Assembly: GCA_031416315.1 (NCBI GenBank)
Contig: JANOTL010000153.1
Coordinates: 41,826-105,825 of the forward strand
Length of the DNA stretch: 64,000 nucleotides
From: Pseudomonadota bacterium
GTDB taxonomy: Bacteria > Bdellovibrionota_B > Oligoflexia > Oligoflexales > CAIYRB01
Direction of reading: 5' to 3'
The translations under genes and the position numbers were made by a program. A model generated the notes under the pieces. The model ran no database searches. It was not told where the DNA came from and saw nothing but the letters and a program-made list of their open reading frames with translations. This document shows, one piece after another, positions 55,966-64,000 of the stretch (its first letter is position 1; the number at the start of each line of letters is the position of its first letter).

Positions 55966-58857
55966 ATGAAACTGCAAGACGCCTTGAACCGCAGGACGAG
56001 CTTCGCGCGGCGCCACATCGGTCCATCGACGGCAGACCGCGACGCCATGCTGAAAGAGCTCGGCGCCGCCTCCCTCGACAAGCTGATCGACACGGCGGTT
56101 CCCGCCTCCATTCGCGCGAAGAAGCCGCTCGACACGGGCAAGGCGCTCGCCGAGCACGAAGCGCTCGCGAAGCTCCACGCGATGGCGTCGAAGAACAAGG
56201 TCTTTCGCTCCTTCATCGGCCTCGGCTACTCGGACACGCTCGTCCCTGCCGTGATTCAGCGCAACGTCCTCGAGAATCCGGGCTGGTACACGCAATACAC
56301 GCCCTACCAGGCGGAGATCGCCCAGGGCCGCCTCGAAGCGCTCTTGAACTTCCAGACGATGGTCGCCGACCTCACCGGCCTCCCCATCGCCAACGCCTCC
56401 CTCCTCGACGAAGGCACTGCCGCCGCCGAGGCCATGAACCTCTGCTGGAACTCCAAAGCAGCCAACACCACGAGCCTTTATTTCATCGCGGAAGACTGCC
56501 ATCCGCAGACGATCGCGGTCGTGAAGACGCGCGCCGAGCCCCTCGGCATCGAGGTCGTCGTCGGCAGCCCGCAGAAGCTCTCCTTCGACGCGCAGGTGCC
56601 CTTCGGCATCTTGCTCCAGTACCCGTCTTCGACCGGCGGCATCGAGAACTACGAAAGTCTCATCGCCTCGGCCCACGCCAAAGGCGCGCTCGTCGCGGTC
56701 GCCTCCGACCTCCTCGCGCTCACGCTCCTGAAATCCCCGGGCGAGCTCGGCGCCGACATCGCCGTCGGCAGCGCCCAACGCTTCGGCGTGCCGCTCGGCT
56801 TCGGCGGCCCGCACGCCGCCTTCTTCGCGGTCAAAGACGACTTCAAGCGGAAGATCCCGGGCCGCATCATCGGCATGTCGAAAGACGCGCACGGCAAGCC
56901 CGCGCTTCGCATGGCGCTGCAAACGCGCGAGCAACACATCCGCCGCGACAAGGCGACGAGCAACATCTGCACGTCGCAGGTTCTCCTCGCGGTCATGGCG
57001 TCGATGTATGCCGTCTATCACGGCCCCGAAGGCCTGAAAGACATCGCACTCCGCACGCACGCAACCGCCGCCACCCTGGCTAGGGGCCTGGAAAAACTGG
57101 GTTATAAGCTCGGCAACCAAGGCCGCTACTTCGACACCGTCCTGGTCGAGACGACCGCGAGCAACGCCACCGACGTCCACAAAGCCGCCGAAACGCGCGG
57201 CATGAACCTGCGTCCGGTCGACAGCACGAAGATTGCCGTCGCCGTCGACGAGAAGACCTCGCTCCAAGACGTAGATGACCTGCTCGCCTGCTTCGCCCTC
57301 GGCAAGTCCGCGCCCAAAGCGCACGAACTCGCCCATGAGCTGAAGGGTGACCTCGACGAGCGCTTCGGCAAGGGCCTCGTTCGCACTTCCGCTTTCCTCA
57401 CGCATTCGGTCTTCAACTCGCACCGCTCCGAGACGGAGATGTTGCGCTACATCCGCAGTCTCGAGTCGAAGGATCTGTCGCTCACGCGCACGATGATCCC
57501 GCTCGGCAGCTGCACGATGAAGCTCAACGCGACGAGCGAGCTCATGCCGGTCACTTGGCCGACGCTGAACGGGATCCATCCGTTCGCGCCGGAAAATCAA
57601 TGGGCGGGCTACAAGGAGCTCACGGTCGAGCTGGAGCGTCTTCTCGCCGCATGTACCGGATTTGACAGGATTTCTCTGCAGCCGAACTCTGGCGCGCAAG
57701 GCGAGTATGCCGGCCTCCTCGTCATCCGCAAGTTCTTCCAAAGCAAGGGCGAGAGTCACCGAGACATCTGCCTGATCCCGAAATCGGCGCACGGAACGAA
57801 CCCGGCCTCGGCCGTCCTCGCCGGCATGAAGGTCGTCGTGGTCGAGTGCGACCAACGCGGCAACATCGACATGGACGATCTCGCGAAGAAGGCCGCCGAG
57901 CACGAGAAGACCCTAGCCTGCGCGATGGTCACGTACCCGTCGACGCACGGCGTCTTCGAGGAATCGATCACGCGCCTCTGCGACATCGTCCATAAACACG
58001 GCGGCCAGGTCTACATGGACGGCGCCAACTTGAACGCGCAGGTTGGCCTGACCTCGCCGGGCACTTTCGGCCCCGACGTTTGTCACATCAACCTGCACAA
58101 GACCTTCTGCATTCCGCACGGCGGCGGCGGCCCCGGCATGGGCCCCATCGGCGTGAAGACGCACCTCGCGCCCTATTTGCCGGGCCATCCCCTCGTCAAG
58201 GTCGGCGGCGAGAAGGCCACCGGCCCGGTCTCTGCGGCCCCCTACGGCTCCGCCTCGATCCTTCCGATCTCGCTCATGTACATCTGGATGATGGGCGGCG
58301 ACGGCCTCACTGACGCCACCAAAGTCGCGATCCTGAACGCGAACTACATGGCGAAGCGCCTTCATCCGCACTACCCGGTCCTCTACCGCGGCGATACCGA
58401 CCTAGTCGCGCACGAGTGCATCATCGACCTGCGCCAGATCAAGGCAAAGTCCGGAATCGAAGTCGAGGACGTCGCGAAACGCCTCATGGACTATGGCTTC
58501 CACGCGCCGACCGTCTCCTTCCCCGTGCCGGGCACGATGATGATCGAGCCCACGGAAAGCGAGAGCAAAGCCGAGCTCGACCGCTTCTGCGACGCCATGA
58601 TCGCCATCCGCGCGGAGATCCGCCTGGTCGAAGACGGCAAATCGCCGAAAGACGACAACCCGCTCGTCAACGCGCCCCACACTGCCGCCGTCCTGGCCGC
58701 GGCGGAGTGGAAGCACAGCTACTCGCGTGAAACCGCCGTCTTTCCGACGGAGTGGGTGCGCGCCCAGAAGTTCTGGCCGTCTGTCGCCCGCGTCGACGGC
58801 GCCTACGGCGACCGCAATTTGGTGTGCACGTGCGCGCCGATCGAGTCGTACACCTAA
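55966..58857 (+). CDS. gcvP: glycine dehydrogenase (decarboxylating), P protein
   Basis: [46 protein letters not shown]. Confidence 0.98.
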   Translation: MKLQDALNRRTSFARRHIGPSTADRDAMLKELGAASLDKLIDTAVPASIRAKKPLDTGKALAEHEALAKLHAMASKNKVFRSFIGLGYSDTLVPAVIQRNVLENPGWYTQYTPYQAEIAQGRLEALLNFQTMVADLTGLPIANASLLDEGTAAAEAMNLCWNSKAANTTSLYFIAEDCHPQTIAVVKTRAEPLGIEVVVGSPQKLSFDAQVPFGILLQYPSSTGGIENYESLIASAHAKGALVAVASDLLALTLLKSPGELGADIAVGSAQRFGVPLGFGGPHAAFFAVKDDFKRKIPGRIIGMSKDAHGKPALRMALQTREQHIRRDKATSNICTSQVLLAVMASMYAVYHGPEGLKDIALRTHATAATLARGLEKLGYKLGNQGRYFDTVLVETTASNATDVHKAAETRGMNLRPVDSTKIAVAVDEKTSLQDVDDLLACFALGKSAPKAHELAHELKGDLDERFGKGLVRTSAFLTHSVFNSHRSETEMLRYIRSLESKDLSLTRTMIPLGSCTMKLNATSELMPVTWPTLNGIHPFAPENQWAGYKELTVELERLLAACTGFDRISLQPNSGAQGEYAGLLVIRKFFQSKGESHRDICLIPKSAHGTNPASAVLAGMKVVVVECDQRGNIDMDDLAKKAAEHEKTLACAMVTYPSTHGVFEESITRLCDIVHKHGGQVYMDGANLNAQVGLTSPGTFGPDVCHINLHKTFCIPHGGGGPGMGPIGVKTHLAPYLPGHPLVKVGGEKATGPVSAAPYGSASILPISLMYIWMMGGDGLTDATKVAILNANYMAKRLHPHYPVLYRGDTDLVAHECIIDLRQIKAKSGIEVEDVAKRLMDYGFHAPTVSFPVPGTMMIEPTESESKAELDRFCDAMIAIRAEIRLVEDGKSPKDDNPLVNAPHTAAVLAAAEWKHSYSRETAVFPTEWVRAQKFWPSVARVDGAYGDRNLVCTCAPIESYT

Positions 58858-59424
58858 GTGCGCAACGTTCTTCTCGCCGTCGTGACGGGCCTCAGCGCGC
58901 CCGTCGCGGCGGCCTGCGTGACGGGGCAAGTCGACGACTACCCGGCCGTTGTCGACACGACGCCTTTGCAGTCAGCCCCGGCAAAGTCCGTGACCCCAGA
59001 ATACTGTCGCGGAACGCTAGCCCTTTACACCTCCGTCCAAGCTACTCGCCTCTCCCTCTTCCGAACGCAGCCCGCTGCGAGCGCAAGCCTTGGCCTCCTA
59101 GGCAGCCCCTTTCTCGACGGCAAGAAGAACCACTACGGCAACGCCGTCACCGGCACACTCTACGGCGGCCGCTGCAGCGCATCCTGGGGCTTCTCCAGCG
59201 ACGCCTCCCACTCCTGCGAAGCAGTCGTTTCCGCATACGCCCTCATCGGTCACTTCGACCTGGGCGTCGGGCAAACTTGGCGCCGCCGCCAAGCCTCACC
59301 GCACGTCTCGCTGACGATGCTGGCCTTCTTCTTCCATCTCGAAGCCCGATTCGGCATTGGCCCGCGCCGTTTCTCGTCCGTCAGCGTCGGCACCGGTTTC
59401 GGCTTACCCGTCACTCAATGGTGA
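58858..59424 (+). CDS. hypothetical exported protein
   Basis: Signal-like N-terminus; starts immediately after the gcvP stop. Confidence 0.5.
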   Translation: MRNVLLAVVTGLSAPVAAACVTGQVDDYPAVVDTTPLQSAPAKSVTPEYCRGTLALYTSVQATRLSLFRTQPAASASLGLLGSPFLDGKKNHYGNAVTGTLYGGRCSASWGFSSDASHSCEAVVSAYALIGHFDLGVGQTWRRRQASPHVSLTMLAFFFHLEARFGIGPRRFSSVSVGTGFGLPVTQW

Positions 59425-60311
59425 TCATTGTCCCGATGAATGATCGTCGTAATCGTGTTCGGAATTGGCGCCGCAAGAAACGCGCGCCCCAGCTCCTCCG
59501 CAAACGCAACGCTGCGATGACGGCCGCCGCTGCAGCCGATCCCTAGACGGAAGTAATGCTTTCCTTCCATGTAGTACTTGGGGAGCAGAAAACGCAGCAT
59601 CGCGTCGATCTTCTGCATCATCTCTTTCGCGTCGTCCCTCCCGAAGATGAAGTCGCGCACCTCGGGATCTAAGCCCGACTTGTCGCGCAGCTCCGGAACG
59701 AAGTACGGATTTTCCAGGAAGCGCACGTCGAACATCGTGTCGACTGGTTTTAGCTGACCGTATTTGAACCCGAAACTGGTGATGGTGACATGCAGCATCC
59801 GCGCCGGCACGTCGCGATAAAAGCGCTGCTCCATCTGGCGCGCGAGCATATGCGGAGACCACGACGTCGTATCGAAGACGACGTCTGCCGACTCCTCGAC
59901 CGGTGCGAGCATCTGCCGCTCTTCTTCGATGACCTCGGGTAGCGTCTCTCCGCCCCGCATCAACGGATGCCGCCGCCGCGTCGTCGTGAACCGCGTCGTC
60001 ACCACGTGGTCGTCCGCAGTGAGGAACACGACCTCGAGCCGTATCCGCTCCGCATACTGCTTCTTCAGCTCAGGAAACTGCAGCGCGAAACTCTTGTTAC
60101 GCACGTCCATGCCGAGCGCGATGCCGTTCTCGGCATTGATCCGCCCCGATTCGAGCAGATCGATGATCGTCCCGAACATCTCCATCGGGAGATTGTCGAT
60201 ACAGTACATGCCGCAATCGGCGAGCGCATTCAGCGCCGTCGAGTTGCCGGCTCCGGAGAGGCCAGTCACGATCACGAGGAGACGTTCGACTGGCTTCTTC
60301 GCGGAGCTCAC
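59415..60311 (-). CDS. rapZ: RNase adapter RapZ (YvcJ/YhbJ family)
   Basis: TGLSGAG, IDNLP, RRRHP, SFGFKYG, DVRFL.NPY, GCSGGRHRSV. Confidence 0.95.
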   Translation of the reverse strand: MSSAKKPVERLLVIVTGLSGAGNSTALNALADCGMYCIDNLPMEMFGTIIDLLESGRINAENGIALGMDVRNKSFALQFPELKKQYAERIRLEVVFLTADDHVVTTRFTTTRRRHPLMRGGETLPEVIEEERQMLAPVEESADVVFDTTSWSPHMLARQMEQRFYRDVPARMLHVTITSFGFKYGQLKPVDTMFDVRFLENPYFVPELRDKSGLDPEVRDFIFGRDDAKEMMQKIDAMLRFLLPKYYMEGKHYFRLGIGCSGGRHRSVAFAEELGRAFLAAPIPNTITTIIHRDNDHH

Positions 60312-60312
60312 G

Positions 60313-61791
60313 TCAGAAGTACTTCTTCCGTTTGCTGGAAGGCAAAATCTGAAGTTGTTCCCGATACTTAGCTACGGTGCGGCGGGCCAGCTGAATGCCC
60401 TTCTCCTCGAGCATCTCGACGATCGACTGGTCGGACAAGGGCTTCTTCGTGTCCTCGATCTTGATCATGTCGGCGATCATCCGCTTCACGGATTCGCTGG
60501 CGACGTCGTTGCCGTCGGAGCGCGAGACCGAGCTGTTGAAAAAGTACTTGAGCTCGAAGACTCCGCGCGGCGTATGCACATACTTGTTGTTCGTCACCCG
60601 CGAGATCGTCGACTCGTGCATCGAGATGTCCTCGGCGATGTCCTTCAGGATCATCGGCTTCAGATGCTCGACGCCCTGGTCGAAGAAATCGCGCTGCCGC
60701 TTCACGATCGATTCCGTGACCCGGAAGATCGTGCGCTGGCGCTGACGGATGCTCTTGATCAGCCACTCGGCGCTCTTCAGCTTGTCCGAGATGTAGCCTT
60801 TCTCGTCGCCCTTGGTCTTCTTGCCTTCCATCATGCCCGTATAGAAGTTGCTGACCTTCAGGCGCGGCAGGCCGTCCTCATTTAGATTCACCACCCACTC
60901 GTCGCCGAGCTTGAAGACGTAAACGTCCGGGGTGACGTAATGGGCCTCGTTCGAGCCGAATTGCCGGCCCGGAACGGGCTCCAGCTCGGCGATGATCTGC
61001 ACGTTCTCGATCACTTGCTCGAGCGTGATCTTCATCGCCTTCGCGATCGCCACGAAGTTGCGGTTCTCGAGCTCGGGCAGATGGTTGTCGACGATCTTCT
61101 CGACGATGCCGTTCTTGTGACGGCCGGCGCGCAGCTGAATGTGCAGGCACTCTTTCAAGTCGCGCGCGCCGACGCCCGGAGGATCGAAGCGCTGTACGGT
61201 GTCGAGCATGTCGCCGGCGAGCTCGGGATCCAGATTTTCGGTGGAGCAAAGCTCTTCGAGCGTCAGCGTCAGGTAGCCGCGATCGTCGATGTTGCCGATC
61301 AAGAGGCTCGCGATCTTCTTTTCATTCTCGTCGAAATCGAGCTCGCCGACCTGAGTCATCAGGTGGTCTTGAAGGGTGCTCGCCTTCGTGACCATGTTCT
61401 CGTAGTTCGGCAGGTCGTCGTCGGAGACGTTTTTCTTGGCCGCGGTCGACGCGGCTTGCGGGATCGATTCCTGGTAGCGCGCCATCGCGTCCCAGTCGAC
61501 GCCTTCGCCCTTCTCGTCGCCGCCGGCAGAGTCGACGATGCTGCTGGCTTCCGCCATGCGGTCCCCGACGGCTTGCGCCTCGGTCGTCTCACGCTCGCGC
61601 TCGACCAGCGCTTGCTCTTCGCCGCTCTCGTTCTGGCCTTCCTCGAGGCAAGGATTCTCGGCCAGCTGCGTCTGGACGAACTGCTCCAGCTCCAGGCGCG
61701 AAAGCTGCAGGAGTTTGATCGCCTGCTGCAGTTGCGGCGTCATGAGAAGCTGCTGCGTCAGCCTCAGACTTTGTTTTAGTTCAAATGCCAT
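60313..61791 (-). CDS. rpoN: RNA polymerase sigma-54 factor
   Basis: MTPQLQQAIKLLQL, HESTISR, RpoN box ARRTVAKYR. Confidence 0.98.
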   Translation of the reverse strand: MAFELKQSLRLTQQLLMTPQLQQAIKLLQLSRLELEQFVQTQLAENPCLEEGQNESGEEQALVERERETTEAQAVGDRMAEASSIVDSAGGDEKGEGVDWDAMARYQESIPQAASTAAKKNVSDDDLPNYENMVTKASTLQDHLMTQVGELDFDENEKKIASLLIGNIDDRGYLTLTLEELCSTENLDPELAGDMLDTVQRFDPPGVGARDLKECLHIQLRAGRHKNGIVEKIVDNHLPELENRNFVAIAKAMKITLEQVIENVQIIAELEPVPGRQFGSNEAHYVTPDVYVFKLGDEWVVNLNEDGLPRLKVSNFYTGMMEGKKTKGDEKGYISDKLKSAEWLIKSIRQRQRTIFRVTESIVKRQRDFFDQGVEHLKPMILKDIAEDISMHESTISRVTNNKYVHTPRGVFELKYFFNSSVSRSDGNDVASESVKRMIADMIKIEDTKKPLSDQSIVEMLEEKGIQLARRTVAKYREQLQILPSSKRKKYF

Positions 61792-61902
61792 GGACCACGT
61801 CCAACGCGTTGGGTTGCGTTCACCGCTATCTCTATCTTACTGGCGGACGCAGACCCTATGCAAAAAAAATTCCAACTCGAAAACCCCAACGATAATAGGC
61901 GA

Positions 61903-62637
61903 TCAGAGCTTGAAGTTTTCACCCAAGTATTGATCTCGCACCACTTGGCTCTCTGAGATCTCCTGGGGAAGGCCGTGGGCGATGATCTGCCCGCCGGAGA
62001 GGATGTAGGCCCGGTCGCAGCTACCGAGAGTCTCGCGGACGTTGTGGTCCGTGATCAGGACGCCGAGCCCGTCGCTCCGCAGCTTCTCGATGATCTTCTG
62101 GATCTCCTGGACCGTGACCGGGTCGATCCCGGCGAACGGCTCGTCGAGGAGCAGGAACTTCGGCTTGATGATCAAGGCCCGTGCGATCTCCACGCGTCGC
62201 CGCTCACCGCCAGAGAGGGCCGCGCCCATGGATTTCGCGATGTGCCCGATCTGAAACTTGGACAGGAGCTCGTCAAGATAGCCGGCGCGCTCGTCGCGCT
62301 TAACGCCGGTCACTTCCATGACCGAGCGCAAGTTGTCTTCGACCGTCATGCGTCGAAAGATCGACATGTTCTGCGGCAGATAGCTGATGCCCATGCGCGC
62401 GCGCATGTGCATCGGCATCGACGTGATCTCCTGATGCCCTAGAAAGACGCTGCCGCGGGAAGGGTAGAGGAGGCCTACGACCATGTAGAAGCTCGTCGTC
62501 TTGCCCGCGCCGTTCGGACCGAGTAGTCCGACCACTTCGCCCTCGGTCACGGTGAAGCTGACGGAGCGCACGACTTGGCGAGCCTTGAAGCTCTTCTCGA
62601 GATCGACGGCGCGCAGCTCGGTGCGGACGATCGTCAC
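61903..62637 (-). CDS. lptB: LPS export ABC ATPase
   Basis: GPNGAGKTT, LSGGERRRVEIARAL, DEPFAGIDP, TDHNVRETL. Confidence 0.97.
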   Translation of the reverse strand: MTIVRTELRAVDLEKSFKARQVVRSVSFTVTEGEVVGLLGPNGAGKTTSFYMVVGLLYPSRGSVFLGHQEITSMPMHMRARMGISYLPQNMSIFRRMTVEDNLRSVMEVTGVKRDERAGYLDELLSKFQIGHIAKSMGAALSGGERRRVEIARALIIKPKFLLLDEPFAGIDPVTVQEIQKIIEKLRSDGLGVLITDHNVRETLGSCDRAYILSGGQIIAHGLPQEISESQVVRDQYLGENFKL

Positions 62638-63374
62638 GGCTTCGCCTCGGGCACTTTGTCGGCCGGATGCACTTCGCCGGCGACGCGATCAGCACGAATC
62701 CAGCCGGTGTCGAGCTCATAGGTGATCTTTTTGCCGCGTACCAGGTCGGCACCGCGCCAAAGCCGCGCGTTGCCTTCGAGCGTCACGATGCGCTCCTTGT
62801 TCATGAAGATGACGGTGTCACCGTAGGCTTTGATCTTGTCGCCCGAGTCTTCGTCGGTCTTGAACATCTTGACGTTGCCGTCGGCGGTGACCTTCACCAC
62901 CTCTTTCGTCACCTCATCATAGGCGACTTGCGCGTGGTCCGCTTCCAGCCGCATCGTCCCTTGGGAGACGACGACGTTCTCGACGAGCTCGACGAAACCC
63001 TTCTCGCGCAGGCCCCGAAGCCCCTTGCTTTCGAACAGGACCGGCTCTTCGGCGTCACCCTTCTGGCCGGGCGCCTTCTTCTTGCCGCCGCCCTTCGGCG
63101 CGAGGACGCCGCCTTGCTGCGGCTTCTTCGAGGGCTCGCCTTCCTCCTTCGACAAGGACGGCTTCTTGCCGGGCTTCGCCCCACTGCCACTCCCCGGCGC
63201 CGGGACCGGGCTCGGCGTCGGCACGGGCGCGCCGGGCGGCGTGGGGCTCGGCGCGGCCGAAGACCCCGGGGCGGGCGTGATCGGCTCCTCGTCCAGCAAA
63301 TCGGCACGCGCCAAAGGCGCGAGGCAGAGCCCCGCGAACAAAACAAAGATGAGTTTATGGACGAATCGGTTCAT
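62634..63374 (-). CDS. lptA: LPS transport periplasmic protein with a Pro-rich linker
   Basis: Signal peptide; NVVVSQG, A.GNV, LEGNA, GKKITY; lies between lptC and lptB. Confidence 0.8.
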   Translation of the reverse strand: MNRFVHKLIFVLFAGLCLAPLARADLLDEEPITPAPGSSAAPSPTPPGAPVPTPSPVPAPGSGSGAKPGKKPSLSKEEGEPSKKPQQGGVLAPKGGGKKKAPGQKGDAEEPVLFESKGLRGLREKGFVELVENVVVSQGTMRLEADHAQVAYDEVTKEVVKVTADGNVKMFKTDEDSGDKIKAYGDTVIFMNKERIVTLEGNARLWRGADLVRGKKITYELDTGWIRADRVAGEVHPADKVPEAKP

Positions 63375-63948
63375 GCGGCTGATACGCCCCTTTCACGAGC
63401 CCGAACATCTCGAGCGTTTCATCGGCGAGCGTATACGTGAAACCCTCTTCCCCCGAGAAAACCCGCCCCGGGCCTTCGACCCGGACCGGGCGGAGCGAGC
63501 GCACCAGCTCCTGCGCGTTCAGATACTCCGCGTAGTCGGTCGTCACGAGGTGATCCCTTACGCCCACTTCCACGAACCCCGTCAGCTCGGCCCGGTCCAA
63601 TTCGGTCTCGTCCATCATCTTCGACAGGGTACTCGCCTTGAAGTACGCCGTCGCCGATTCCGCCGCGATCGTCTCGCGGCCCTCGCGCACGATCCGCTCG
63701 CCTTTGATCTCGCCGTCCAGCTCGACGACGTTCGGCTCGTAAAAATGCCCGAGCCGCGCCACGAGCCGTCCGGTCAGCGCCTCGCCCTGGTAGCGATTGT
63801 ACGAAAAGTCCTCGAGCACGAGCCGTGGCTCCCGCTGCGTCTTCTTCAGCAGGTTCTCGCGCAAGGACCGCCGCTCGTGGCTCATATAGACGAACAGCGC
63901 GAGCCCAAGGCTCGCCAGAAAGAACAAAATGACGATCTTTCGGCCCAT
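63355..63948 (-). CDS. lptC: LPS export protein LptC-like
   Basis: Single N-terminal TM helix plus beta-rich domain; position upstream of lptAB. Confidence 0.7.
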   Translation of the reverse strand: MGRKIVILFFLASLGLALFVYMSHERRSLRENLLKKTQREPRLVLEDFSYNRYQGEALTGRLVARLGHFYEPNVVELDGEIKGERIVREGRETIAAESATAYFKASTLSKMMDETELDRAELTGFVEVGVRDHLVTTDYAEYLNAQELVRSLRPVRVEGPGRVFSGEEGFTYTLADETLEMFGLVKGAYQPHEPIRP

Positions 63949-64000
63949 CGGAAAAAGTCCGTCGAGAAATGGTCAGCTGGCGTGGGGGGGGGGGGGGGGG

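Noticed and set aside
55516..57903. Long antisense/alternative-frame ORFs (also 925-2241, 36711-38399, 48853-50445)
   Set aside because: Shadow ORFs expected in high-GC DNA opposite well-supported genes; no recognisable motifs
63984..64000. Terminal poly-G run
   Set aside because: It lies at the very end of the sequence and is typical of two-colour sequencing or assembly artefacts; not treated as biological

Overview
High-GC bacterial chromosome segment. TIGR02147, many orphan lipoproteins and the gene order suggest an Oligoflexia/Bdellovibrionota-like organism; this is inference only. Housekeeping blocks sit at both ends: ybbR-glmM-pdxJ-tsaE on the left, and htpX, mdh, ftsK, two glycosyltransferases, gcvTHP and lptCAB-rpoN-rapZ on the right. 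Three tRNAs (Arg-ACG, Ser-GCT, Ser-TGA) border two accessory regions. Region 1 (about 5-24.9 kb) holds secreted lipoproteins (DUF1554-like, a C39 peptidase with a large insert, a nine-repeat Cys-rich protein), a SET protein and ohrR-ohr. It also holds a thiolase split by an IS91-remnant/low-GC gene/IS66 composite, and a 5'-truncated two-domain adenylate cyclase with mammalian-like catalytic asymmetry. Region 2 (about 25-41.8 kb) holds modA and a modBC fusion, an orphan MurE with an altered specificity motif, a TIGR02147 gene between two paralogous lipoproteins, and a KaiA-less kaiBC pair divergent from a REC-PAS-HK-REC-Hpt kinase. Non-coding highlights are a LysM gene whose 3' UTR holds two sequences complementary to its own RBS, a 153-bp nested palindrome, and four sigma54-type promoters. 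No CRISPR array or rRNA was seen. All family assignments are from motif recognition by eye, not database searches.
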